Shown: piece after piece, positions 10,671-21,500 of the stretch | How the letters are laid out: every line of letters begins with the position of its first letter | Position numbering within the stretch: the first letter of the stretch is position 1 | NCBI GenBank assembly: GCA_963716395.1 | Contig: OY970309.1 | Span: forward strand, 2,464,001 to 2,528,000 | Origin: an uncultured Fibrobacteria bacterium | GTDB taxonomy: Bacteria > Fibrobacterota > Fibrobacteria > UBA11236 | Direction of reading: 5' to 3' | Length of the DNA stretch: 64,000 bases | The notes under the pieces: generated by a model | The model's input: only the letters and a program-made list of their open reading frames with translations | What the model was told of the DNA's origin: nothing | Databases searched by the model: none | Position numbers and translations under genes: made by a program

Positions 10671-10701
10671 TTTGCAATTTGCACTTTGCAATTTGAACTT
10701 T
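10671..10701. repeat. Four tandem heptamers TTTGCAA/TTTGCAC/TTTGCAA/TTTGAAC
   Basis: Read directly; lies about 30 nt upstream of the ALDH start. Confidence 0.8.
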
Positions 10702-10729
10702 ATTCATCGCCTTTTACGGAAGGATTCGC

Positions 10730-12232
10730 ATGGAAGTAGCCTCTTTACCCGCACGCGATCCGGCCCAGAGCCGGTTTTCCGCTCCCGGCCAGCTTTTGAT
10801 TGACGGCCAATGGACGGCGGGCGAAACCGAAATGGAAGTCCGGGACAAGTACACCGGAGAAGTCTTGGGGACCATCGACTGCGCCGGCCCCAGCCAGGTG
10901 GAAGCCGCCCTTGTTTCCGCCCGCAAAGCGAGCGAAGTCATTTCGCGCCTGCCGGCCCATCGCCGCAGCGACATCCTGGAAAAGGCGTCGGCACTGATTC
11001 GCGCGCGGCGGGACCGGCTCGCCGATTGCATCGTGCGCGAATCGGGGAAAGCCCTGAAATTCGCCCGCCTCGAAGTGGATCGCGCCGTCGACACCTTTCA
11101 CCTGGCCGCCGAAGAAGCCGGGCATCTGCATGGCGAATCCGTCACCATGGACGCCGTGAAATCCGGCGAGGGCCTCGTAGGCTTCTGGCGCCGCCGGCCG
11201 GTGGGCGTGATTGCGGCCATCACCCCGTTCAATTTTCCCCTCAATCTGGTGGCCCACAAAGTTGCGCCGGCCCTGGCCGCCGGAAATGCGGTGGTGCTGA
11301 AACCGGCCGAAGTGACGCCGTTCTCCGCCGCGCTACTGTGCGAAATTCTCGTCGAGGCCGGGGTTCCCGCAGGCGCGCTCAACCTGATCCACGGAACCGG
11401 GGCGGCCGTGGGCGATCCCCTGGTGCGCGATCGCCGCGTCGACAAGGTGACCTTCACCGGCAGCGCCGCTATCGGACGCCGCATCCTGGCCGCGGCCGGT
11501 ATCAAGAAGGTTACCCTGGAGTTGGGGAATTCCTCGCCGGTGATCGTGGCTTCCGATGCGGATCTTCGCGTCGCCGCGGCCAAATGCGCTATCGGCGCCA
11601 ATTATTGTTCGGGCCAGGTGTGCATTTCCACGCAGCGCATCTTCGTCGATGCCGCCGTGGCCGAGGAATTTCAAGCGCGGTTGGCCGAAGAGACCGGCCG
11701 CCTGGTCGTCGGCGACCCGCTCGATGAAAACGTCGACGTGGGGCCGATGATTCGCCTAAGCGAGGCGGAACGCGTCGAGACCTGGGTCGCCGAAGCCGTG
11801 CAGGGCGGCGCCCGGGTGGTGGTCGGAGGGCGCCGGGAAGGCGCGGTGCATTGGCCCACGGTGCTGGAAAGAGTGACGCCCGCCATGCGCGTGGTCCGCG
11901 AAGAGGTCTTCGGACCCGTCGTTTCCGTGCGGCCGTACCAGGATTTCGAAGAGGCTTTGGCCCAGGCCGATGACACCGAATACGGATTGCAGGCCTCGGT
12001 TTTCACCCGCGACCTCGATCGCGCCTTTCGCGCCGCGGACCGGCTCAATTTCGGCGGGGTGATCATCAACGATACGCCCCACCTCCGTCCCGATCACATC
12101 CCCTATGGGGGCAACCGGCAAAGCGGGCTGGGACGGGAAGGCCTGCGCTTTGCGATGGAAGAGATGACCAATATCCAGATGATCATGATCCGCACGCCGG
12201 CTTCCGGCGCCATCCCTCGGAGCGCGAAATGA
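10730..12232 (+). CDS. NAD(P)-dependent aldehyde dehydrogenase
   Basis: ITPFNFPL, LKPAE, FTGS, LELG, catalytic Cys in GQVCIS, EEVFGPV, GREG. Confidence 0.95.
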   Translation: MEVASLPARDPAQSRFSAPGQLLIDGQWTAGETEMEVRDKYTGEVLGTIDCAGPSQVEAALVSARKASEVISRLPAHRRSDILEKASALIRARRDRLADCIVRESGKALKFARLEVDRAVDTFHLAAEEAGHLHGESVTMDAVKSGEGLVGFWRRRPVGVIAAITPFNFPLNLVAHKVAPALAAGNAVVLKPAEVTPFSAALLCEILVEAGVPAGALNLIHGTGAAVGDPLVRDRRVDKVTFTGSAAIGRRILAAAGIKKVTLELGNSSPVIVASDADLRVAAAKCAIGANYCSGQVCISTQRIFVDAAVAEEFQARLAEETGRLVVGDPLDENVDVGPMIRLSEAERVETWVAEAVQGGARVVVGGRREGAVHWPTVLERVTPAMRVVREEVFGPVVSVRPYQDFEEALAQADDTEYGLQASVFTRDLDRAFRAADRLNFGGVIINDTPHLRPDHIPYGGNRQSGLGREGLRFAMEEMTNIQMIMIRTPASGAIPRSAK

Positions 12233-13359
12233 AAACCGAAGCCGCCGTTCTCTATGAAATGGGTCAAACCCGACCGTATGCCGGAAGCCGGCCCCTGCAT
12301 ATCGAGACGCTGGAATTGGAAAGCCCCGGACCCGGCGAGGTGTTGGTGGAAATCGCCGCCGCCGGCCTGTGCCACTCCGACCTTTCGGTCATGAACGGAT
12401 CTCGTCCCCGCGTCATGCCCATGGTGATGGGCCATGAGGCCAGCGGCATCGTCCGCGAGATCGGACCCGGAACGCGCGGCCTGGTTCCCGGCGACCATGT
12501 GGTCTTCTCCTTTGTTCCGCATTGCGGCCATTGCCTGCCCTGTAGCGAAGGCCGGGCGGTGCTCTGTGAACCGGGAGCGCAAGCGAATACGGCGGGCTCG
12601 CTGCTCAGCGGATCGCGAAGATTCCACGATGCGCAGGGGCGGGCGCTGCACCATCATCTCGGCGTCTCCGGATTCTCGCGCTACACCGTGGCCATGACCG
12701 AATCCCTGGTGAAAATCGATCCGGAATTCCCCGTTGAGAAGGCCGCCTTATTCGGCTGCGCCGTGCTGACGGGCGTCGGCGCGGTGGTGAATACGGCCAA
12801 GGTGCGTCCCGGTGAAAGCGTCGCCGTGTTCGGATTGGGCGGGGTCGGCATGAGCGCGGTCATGGGCGCGCGCGCTTCCGGCGCCTATCCCATTATCGCC
12901 GTCGACCGTCTGGAAGCGAAGTTCGCGGCGGCCCGGCAGGCCGGAGCCACGCATGTGGTGCCGGCCGACGATAATGCCGTCGCCGAAATCCGCGATCTCA
13001 CCCGCGGCGGCGTGCAGTACGCCTTTGAGGCCGTAGGCAATGCCCGGGTTTTGGAAACCGCGTACCTGGCCACCGCGCGCGGCGGAAAAACCGTATCCAT
13101 CGGATTGGCGCATCCCGAGCAAAAGCTGTCCATCCAGGCCGTCAGTCTCGTGGCCGAAGAAAAAACCCTGATGGGATCGTATATGGGGTCGGCGGTGCCA
13201 TCCCGCGACATCCCCCGGTTCATCTCCCTGTACCGCCAAGGATTGCTCCCCGTCGATCAGTTGCTGTCCAAGACCATTCATCTCGATCAGCTCAATGCGG
13301 CCTTTGATGAATTGGATCGCGGCGAAGTCCTGCGGCAATTGCTGGTCTTTCACGCTTAG
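12229..13359 (+). CDS. Zn-dependent medium-chain alcohol dehydrogenase
   Basis: GLCHSD, GHEASG, structural CGHCLPC...C, GLGGVG; ATGA overlap with ALDH. Confidence 0.95.
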   Translation: MKTEAAVLYEMGQTRPYAGSRPLHIETLELESPGPGEVLVEIAAAGLCHSDLSVMNGSRPRVMPMVMGHEASGIVREIGPGTRGLVPGDHVVFSFVPHCGHCLPCSEGRAVLCEPGAQANTAGSLLSGSRRFHDAQGRALHHHLGVSGFSRYTVAMTESLVKIDPEFPVEKAALFGCAVLTGVGAVVNTAKVRPGESVAVFGLGGVGMSAVMGARASGAYPIIAVDRLEAKFAAARQAGATHVVPADDNAVAEIRDLTRGGVQYAFEAVGNARVLETAYLATARGGKTVSIGLAHPEQKLSIQAVSLVAEEKTLMGSYMGSAVPSRDIPRFISLYRQGLLPVDQLLSKTIHLDQLNAAFDELDRGEVLRQLLVFHA

Positions 13360-13367
13360 GTGCGGAC

Positions 13368-14171
13368 TTGCTGCCCTCTTCCGGCCCGCAAGACTTGCTC
13401 CTCGACACGTCCGGATCGGGCCCCGCCTTGCTTTGCCTGCATGGCGTCGGCGGCTGCGGGGCCTGGTTCCGGGGGCTGGCCGAAAGGCTGAAACATCGCT
13501 TTCGCATTCTCGCGCTCGACCTTCCCGGCACCGGAGTCAACCGCGAAGGCCAGGCTCCCTTTTCCCTCGAGCATAGCACCGAAGTCTTGGCGCATTACCT
13601 CACGACCCAGGAGCCGGAACCCGTGTCGATTTTGGGTCATTCTCTGGGCACCATGATCGGCATGCAATTGGCCCTGGCCTGTCCGGAGAAGGTGCGCGCC
13701 ATGCTCTGCGTCGGAGGCTTGCCGGCGGTGACCCGCGCCAACCATCAACGACTGTCGGAACGGCGGGAAATCATTCGGAAGCAGGGGATGGCGGGACTGG
13801 GCTGGAAGGCGGCGATGGGAAATTTTTCTCGAACCACCTTGGCCGACAAGCCGGAAATTCTCGCTCTCTATGCCCGGCTTTGGGAGTCGCAATCCGCTTT
13901 GGCTTATATCGAAGGCATCGATGCTTTGCTCTCCGCTTCGCTCGACCATCTTACCGCAGCGGTGAAAATACCTTGTTGGGTGCTCCGGGGTTGTGAAGAC
14001 GGTTATGCGCCTCCGGAAGAATCCCGCCGCTTCTTCGCCTCTCTACCCGGTACCAAGCGATGGATCGAAATGCCGGATTGCGCCCACATGCCCTTTCTCG
14101 AATCCCCGGCGGCCTTCGCCGGTATCGTGACGGAATTCCTGGACGTCTATACTTCGCCGTCGGGGGAATGA
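13368..14171 (+). CDS. Alpha/beta hydrolase (enol-lactonase-like)
   Basis: LHGVGG, DLPGTG, GHSLG nucleophile, GCED, AHMPFLE. Confidence 0.88.
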   Translation: MLPSSGPQDLLLDTSGSGPALLCLHGVGGCGAWFRGLAERLKHRFRILALDLPGTGVNREGQAPFSLEHSTEVLAHYLTTQEPEPVSILGHSLGTMIGMQLALACPEKVRAMLCVGGLPAVTRANHQRLSERREIIRKQGMAGLGWKAAMGNFSRTTLADKPEILALYARLWESQSALAYIEGIDALLSASLDHLTAAVKIPCWVLRGCEDGYAPPEESRRFFASLPGTKRWIEMPDCAHMPFLESPAAFAGIVTEFLDVYTSPSGE

Positions 14172-14905
14172 TTTGTCCTGGGCGAGGTCGGTGCCGACTC
14201 GAGATGCTTGTTGCGAAACGCAGTGGGTGAAAATCCGGTGTATTTCTGAAACTGGTGGGCGAAATGGCTGCTGTCGTAAAAGCCAGTTTCGCGGCTGATC
14301 TGCGTCACGGGTAACCGCGTCATGGCCAACAATTGCTGCGCGGCATCCAGCCGAAGGCGCTGGATATAGCGCACGGGCACTTCGCCGTATTGCTGTCGGA
14401 ACTTCCGTTCGAATTGTTTGACCGACAGGGAGACCATGGCCGCCAGCGCCGGAATTTCGATTTTGCGGGAGTAGTTCTCCATGATGTATTCGATCACGGC
14501 CGGCATTTTGGTGGAAGGCGCCAAGGGAGTTTTCGCCTGCTTAAGGTAGCGGCAAACGCCCTCCAGGCCGGTGGTTTTTCCCCCGGCATCCCAGAGCGGC
14601 ACCTTGGTGGTGGCAAACCATTCCGCGGACCGATCGCTGCTGGCCACGATTTCAACGCGGTTCACCAAGGGTACGCCCGATTCCACCACGCGCTCGTCGT
14701 CTTTCACGTAATGCACGGCCAAAAAGCGCGGCCAGACGTCGAAATCGGTTTTACCCAAAACCTCCGTTTCGGCATGCAGGCCCGTCATCTCGATGAAAGC
14801 GGGATTGGCGGCGGTGAAGCGGCCGCGACGGTCCTTGGCAAAATAGGCCAGGTCGGGGAAATATTGCAGCAAACCGTAGCTTCCCGCTCGAATGCCTGAT
14901 CCCAT
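14147..14905 (-). CDS. AraC-family transcriptional regulator with an N-terminal PAS domain
   Basis: FAKDRRGRFTAANPAF...LGKTDFD PAS motif; ETGFYDSSHFAHQFQKYTGFSPTAFR AraC HTH. Confidence 0.92.
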   Translation of the reverse strand: MGSGIRAGSYGLLQYFPDLAYFAKDRRGRFTAANPAFIEMTGLHAETEVLGKTDFDVWPRFLAVHYVKDDERVVESGVPLVNRVEIVASSDRSAEWFATTKVPLWDAGGKTTGLEGVCRYLKQAKTPLAPSTKMPAVIEYIMENYSRKIEIPALAAMVSLSVKQFERKFRQQYGEVPVRYIQRLRLDAAQQLLAMTRLPVTQISRETGFYDSSHFAHQFQKYTGFSPTAFRNKHLESAPTSPRTNHSPDGEV

Positions 14906-14911
14906 GATTCG

Positions 14912-14917
14912 ATTATA
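14912..14917 (-). promoter_or_regulatory. -10 box TATAAT 6 nt before the AraC ATG (leaderless promoter)
   Basis: Minus strand reads cgaTATAATcgaatcATG; no SD. Confidence 0.65.
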
Positions 14918-15005
14918 TCGCCGAAAGTTGAAACGGAGGCTGGGAGACTCGGTAAAGATCCGTCATCGGTTTGCAGCCTTTGGCCGGACATGAAAACGCC
15001 GGGCC

Positions 15006-15512
15006 GCGAACCTGGCCAAATCCCAATTCAATCTGGTCGTGTGTGAGAATGAAATGAAGTTCCAACCCACTAAACCTTCGGAAAACCACTTCGCCCACCG
15101 CGCCGATCCCACGGCCAAGCTCTACTACAATGAACACGGTGCGCAAGGATCGGGCGGAAAATCGGATGCCGACTACAACCTGGCAAAACGCCGGTTGAAT
15201 TCCGGGGTTCTGCTCGACGGAATCGGTTGGCAATGCCACCTGACCAGCGGAGGTTTTAAAGCGGGTGATATTTCGGCGAATATCCGGCGGCGGGGGGCTT
15301 TGGGGCTGCGGGTTTCCATGACCGAAGTCGATATTGAGAACGGCACCAGGGCCGATTGGACCAATTTGCTTGGTGCCTGCCTGGAAGACTGCAACGGCAC
15401 CGCTTTCGTGACCAGGGGTCTGTATGACGGCGCCTCCTGGGCTCCGGTTTTCTCCGCGCGAACAGGCGCCGTCGACCTGCCGGGACGGACCCAGGTCGGG
15501 GCGCCGGTTTGA
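15006..15512 (+). pseudogene. GH10 endo-1,4-beta-xylanase relic with an internal deletion
   Basis: ANLAKSQFNLVVCENEMKF fused in frame to FAHRADPTAKLYYNE, DGIGWQCH, GLRVSMTEVD, GLYDGASW; central HTLVW and WDVVNE motifs and signal peptide are absent. Confidence 0.75.
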
Positions 15513-15597
15513 CGGGGGGCGCAGAAAGCCTTATTGCCGTAACGCCGAGGATTAAAAGTGCTCTGGGATTTGAGCCGCGCGCAATGCGTCGCTCAAC

Positions 15598-18500
15598 CTA
15601 TTCGATGATTTGCACCTGACGCGTCCATTGCGCCGGCAAGCCTTCGCCTTGCAGGCGCAGCCAGAGGAAGTAGATGCCCCGCGGCAAGGGGGCGGAGGAG
15701 TGGCCCTGGAAGTCGTGGTCGAGCGAAAGCGTGTAGCGGCCGGCTTCCATCCAGCGGGCCGGCATCCATTCGGCCGTGCGCCCGTCCACGGTGACCAGTC
15801 GGGCTGCGAGGCGGGCCTGTGACGGCAGATTCAAATCCAAAAGAAAGTTGCGGCCGGCGGGAAAAAGCTGCAGGCTGAAAGCGGGCAAGGCGGTTTTGGC
15901 GGCCACGAAGATTCCCGACTTGGCCAGGGCCGCCGCCGGTCCGGCCAGGATCCACACGGTGTCGGCGCCGGGCGCAGGTTGAAACGCCGACCCCCGGGAG
16001 TCGAGGGCGAGTTTAAGGTGCCGCTGCGGCGCGACCAGCCAGGCCCTGACGCCGGCCGGCAACTCCACCGACCCGAGTCCGAGGGGCGGACCGGAGGCCG
16101 AGGCGCCGCGCACCACCACTTCCCATTGGGCCAGGGAGTCGGGTTGCAGGGGCAGATAATCGGACTGCAGCCAATGTCCCTGGCGCAGAGAGGCGAAGGC
16201 GGTTTGGCTGTCGAGCGCGGGCAGGGTGGATTCGTCTTCGACGCCTAGGCCGGTTTTCGCGTCGGGAAACATGCCGAGCTCCAAGGAGCGGTGGCCGTAA
16301 TCGAGCACGATGGCATACGGATTGGAGGCGGCCGCCGGTTTGGCCGCCGCCGAAGGCGAGGTGGTCAACTCCACCGTGGTATCGCGCGCGTAACTGTAGA
16401 CGAAGTAGCCGCGCCACGGTTCCAGCGAGTCGGAAGGGGTGTAATCTCCCAGGCCGCTGTCGAAGGCCCACAGCCCTTTGACCGTAGAGAGGCGGTAGGC
16501 GGTGCTGGTGCGGGACATGGGCCAGTACAGGGTTTGCGGCAGGGGATCGCCGATCAGGTTCCAGCCGCTGTCGAGATGCACGTGCACCGGCACGGCGGGA
16601 GCTTGCAGCGACAAAGCCGGCAGCCACAAGGAGGAAAAGGCCGCGGAGGCGCCGACCCAATAACCCCGGCCCGCGACCAGCGTGTCGCCATTTCCGCCCG
16701 CGACGTATTGCCCGCCGGCGCTTCGATACGAGAACACGCCGAAGCTCGCGATGTGGTTGGCTGCCGCGATCTGGCCGAACGAAGGCTGAGGTTCGGCCTG
16801 CACGGGAAAGCTGATGAGATCCCACGGGTAAGCCGGCGTCGCGCCGATGTGCAGCACCGCGGGGCTTTGGGTGGCGGCGATATGTTGGGCCAAATACCAG
16901 GGGGTGCCGTCGGCGGGAAAGCGCACCGATTGGGTGTGATCCGAAACCGTGAAGGATACGTACAGGGGCGCCAGCACGCCGGCGGGATTTTTCAGGTTCA
17001 GATGCACGGTGTCGGGCGTCTCGGCCGCCACCTGGCTGAGGTCGCGGCGCGGATCGTCGGATCGCTGTAGGCTGTAGAGGATGTTGGCGACGTTGTCGTT
17101 CACCACGAAATTGGCGCGCACCGAATCCAAAGCAGTCGTGACGGAGTTTATAAAAGTGACGGTGGGCGGCACCGTGTCGAGGCCCAGGAAATAAATACCG
17201 GAAGCGGTGATGGCGACGCTGTCGGCGGCGGAGACGAAGTCGATGCGGCCGTCGGGGCCGATGACGTACAGCGCGCGCGCATCGCTCGCGGGTTTGGTGA
17301 ATTGCAGGCCGGGAAAAGGCTGGCCCGGCGCGGCCGGATTCAGCAACATGGCGAAGGGGATGGAGGCGATGCCCGGCGCCGAGACGGTATCGGGCGGCGC
17401 CAACACCACGCGGGCGCTGAAGCCCGCGGCCCCGGGATTATAGAACGCGTAGCCGCCGGTCGCGAAGGTACCGCCGGGCGCGATCACGGTATCGGCGCGT
17501 GCGGAGATGTTGTAAACCAAGGTGCGGGTGGCGCTGACCTGGCTACCGGCCGCGGCCGCGGCTTTGAGCACCGAGCTTTGCTGCAAAGTGAAAGGCCCGG
17601 TGTAGGCGAAGGCCGTGCCCGGAACCGGCGTCGAACCGTCGAGGGTGTAATAAATTCCGGCTTTGGGCGAAGCATCGGATAGGGTGATCTGCACCGCGCC
17701 GAAGTATTGGCCGCCCGGCGGATGGACGGACGGGGTATCGGGGGCCAGCACGTAATTTTCGATCAGGACCTGGCTGGGGAGATAGCCGGATTGGACGGAG
17801 ATGGCCTGCAACGTGACGGTGGTGTCGAAGCGCAAAGGCTGGCTGTAAAGCGACGAGGCGGCCGTCGGAATCGCGCCGTTGGTGGTGTAATAAACCGCTG
17901 CGCCCGCATTCGGAGGCTTCAAGGTGACGATCACGGTATCGGCGAACAGTTGCCCCGAAGGCAAGGCGCCCGGAGGCGGAAGCGCGGATCCCAGCTTGGT
18001 GAAGAAGCGGGTCAGGGTATCGCTGGGGATGTCGCCGTCCATGGCCACCGCCACCAAGGTCGCGCTGGCGGTGAGATGGATGGGCCCCAGGTATTGCGCG
18101 GCGCTGACCGACTCATGGAATTGCGGGTCAATCGGCGCGCTGCCGTCCGCGGTGTAGTAGATCGGAAAGTTCCCCGGCACCGTCAACGTGACGGTCAAGG
18201 TGGAGGCGAAGGTGGTGTCCTGTCCGGGAACGCAGACAATCGGGCCCGGAGCCTTGGAATAGGTTTGCGTCAGGAGGTCGCTCGACTGCCAGTTGAGGCG
18301 GGTGGCGGCGGCTTTGAGCACGGTGGTTTGCGACAAGACCAGAGTCAACCCCATCGAATACTGTTTGCGGGTGGAGGAAGACAGGGGATCGGTGCTGTCG
18401 GTGGTATACCAGATCGAGGCGGAATCGGTGGCGCAGAAAAGCTGCACGCCGACGGAATTGTGAAAGCGCTCTCCCGATGGGGTGGCCACCGGCGTGGCCA

Positions 18501-21500
18501 CCTTGGTGAGGGACTGCTGCAAATGGTAGGTCAGGGTCAGGGTATCGCTGGGCGAAAGGCCGGAGACCGTCGCCACGGCTTTCACGGTTGTGGTTTGATA
18601 AATCCAAAAGGGAGCACTGTAGATTGTCGTCGTTCCCTGACCCGGAATCGATCCGTCCAGGGTGTAATAAATTACGGCTCCCGGTGTCGGGGAACTCAAG
18701 GCGATTTGCACCGAGGTGGTGAAATTGGTGTCGGTGGGCGTCGCCATGGGAGGCGCGGTTTTATTGGGCGGCGTGAGGTTGTAGACCGCCGTCAACATAT
18801 CGCTGTTGGTTTCTCCGGATTTGAAGGCCACGGCTTTCACACTGGTGGTCGCCGTCAGCACCAGGGGTTGGGAGTAGACCGCCGAGGTGGACGTGGGCGA
18901 GGTACCGTCGGTGGTGTAGCGGATGACGGCGCCCACGGTGTCGCAGGAAAGCGCGACGCTGAGAGTGGGATAAAAGGAAGTGTCCCGCGGTAAAACTTTG
19001 GGCGTGGCCACTTTGGGAAGGTTCACGGTCAGGGCGGCGAAGGGGCTGACGGCGAAGGTGCTGGAATCGTTGCCGACGCTGGCAGCGTTCCTGACCACAA
19101 TGCGGTAGCGGCCGGCGTCGCCGGAACCCACGCTGGCGAATGTCAGGGTGTCGCCGGTGGCGCCGGCAATGTTGACCGAATCCTTCTGCCATTGATAGGT
19201 GAAGGGCGAGGTGCCGGCGACGGCTGCGGTCAATAACACCGCTTGGCCGACCGTAACCGTCTGCGAGGCGGGCGCGGTGGTGATGATGGGCGGTACCACC
19301 TGGGCGGTAAGGGTGAGCACCAGGGTTTTTGTATCCTGGCCCGTGGTGTTGGCGGCGGAGAGGGTGACGTTGGTGATACCCGTCGCCGTGGGAGTTCCGG
19401 AAATCAGACCGGAGGAAGAGTTGATGGAGAGCCCTGCGGGCAAGGGCGAGGCGCCGAAGGTGATGGGTTGGGTGCCGGAAGCCGTAATGGTATATGAAAA
19501 TGCGGTTCCCGCCGTGCTGCTGGTGGTTAAGGCGCTGGTGATGGAGGGGGCCAAGGACGCGGAAGAAATGGTCATCACCAGGGTTTTGGTCGGGGCGGCT
19601 CCCGCCGCGTTCGTGGCGGAGAGGGTGACGTTGGTGATACCGGAGGTCGTGGGGGTTCCGGAGATTGCGCCGGTGGAGGAGTTCACGGAGAGCCCCGCGG
19701 GCAAAGGCGAGGCGCCGAAGGTGATGGGTTGGGTGCCGGAAGCCGTAATGGTGTAGTTAAAGGATTGGCCGGTGGTAGCGGTCACGGTGGTGGGGCTGTT
19801 GATGACGGGCGCCACGGGCGCGGCGGATATGCTGAGGGCCAGGGTTTTGGTCGGCGCGGCCCCGATCGAATTGGTGGCGGAGAGGGTGACGTTGGTGGTA
19901 CCGGTCGCCGTGGGGGTACCGGAGATGACGCCGGTGGTGGTGTTGACGGAGAGTCCGGCGGGCAAGGGCGCGGCGCCGAAGGTGATGGGCGCCGTGCCAA
20001 TGGCGGCGATGGTGTAGCTCAAGGGTACTCCCGCCGTTCCGGTGGTGGAAAGATTCGTGTTGGTGATGGTGGGGGCCACGGGAGCGGAAGAGATGGTGAT
20101 GACCAAGGTTTTGGCCGCCGCGGCTCCGGCCGCGTTAGCGGCGGAGAGGGTGACATTGGTGGTCCCTGCCCCGGTGGGGGTTCCGGAGATCAAGCCGGTG
20201 GAAGCGTTGACGGAAAGTCCCGTGGGTAAGGGCGCGGCGCCGAAAGTAATGGGTTTGGATCCTGAAGCGGTGATGGTGTAGGAAAATGCGGCTCCCGCCG
20301 TTCCGCCGGCGGTCAAGGCGCTGGTGATGGTCGGCGCCACGGCCGGGTAGATGGTGAGGGTCAAGGTTTTTGTCGGCGCGACTCCGGCCGCGTTGGAGGC
20401 GGAGAGGGCGACACTGGTAGTTCCTGACGCCGTGGGAGTGCCGGAAATCGAGCCGGTGGCGGTATTGATGGAGAGTCCCGTCGGCAAGGGCGCGGCGCCG
20501 AAGGTGATGGGCGAAGTTCCGGTGGCGGTGATGGTGTAGGAGAAGGGGGCTCCGACCGTGTCCGAAGCGGAAAGAACGGTGTTGGTGATGGTTGGAGCCA
20601 CAGTAGCCGCAGACACGGTGATGACCAAGGTTTTGGCAGGTGCGGCCCCGGCCGTGTTGGTGGCGGAGAGGGTGACATTGGTGGTCCCTGTGGCCGTGGG
20701 AGTGCCGGAAATCGCGCCGGTGGTGGCGTTGACGGAGAGCCCCGCGGGCAAAGGTGAGGCGCCGAAGGTGATGGGTGCGGTACCGGTGGCGGTGATGGTG
20801 TAGGAAAAGGCAGTCCCCGCCGTTCCGCCGGCGGACAATGTGCTCGTGATGGTCGGCGCCACCGGGGCGGGAGCGATGGTGAGGACCAGGGTTTGGGGAG
20901 TCGCGGCTCCGGCGGTATTGTGGGCGGAAAGAGTGACACTGGTGGTACCTGCCGCTGCGGGGGTTCCGGAGATCTTGCCGGAGGAAGAGTCGATGGAAAG
21001 TCCCGCGGGTAAAGGCAAGGCGTTGAAGGTGATGGGCGTGGTGCCGGAAGCGGTGATGGTGTACGAGAAAGTGGTACCGGCCGTGCCGCTAGCGGTCAAG
21101 GCGCTGGTGATGGCAGGGGGCACGGGTGCCGGAGTGACGGTGAGGACCAGAACCTTGGGAGTGGCATCACCGACCGCGTTATGGGCGTAGAGGGTGTCAT
21201 TGTAGGTACCGGCGACGGTGGGGATACCGGAGATTAATCCGGTGGTGGTGCTGACCGTGAGCCCCGTCGGCAAGGGCGAGGCTCCATAGGTGATAGGTGC
21301 CGTGCCGGTGGCGGTGATGGTGTAGGAGAATGCGGTTCCGGCTGTGCCCGTAGCGGTAAGGGTGGTGTTGGTGATGGTCGGAGCCACGGCAGCCGGAGAG
21401 ATAGTGAGGATCAGGACCTTGGGAGTGGCGTCCCCCGCCGCATTGTGGGCATAGAGGGTGTCGCTGTAAGTACTGGCGACCGTGGGGGTCCCGGAGATCA

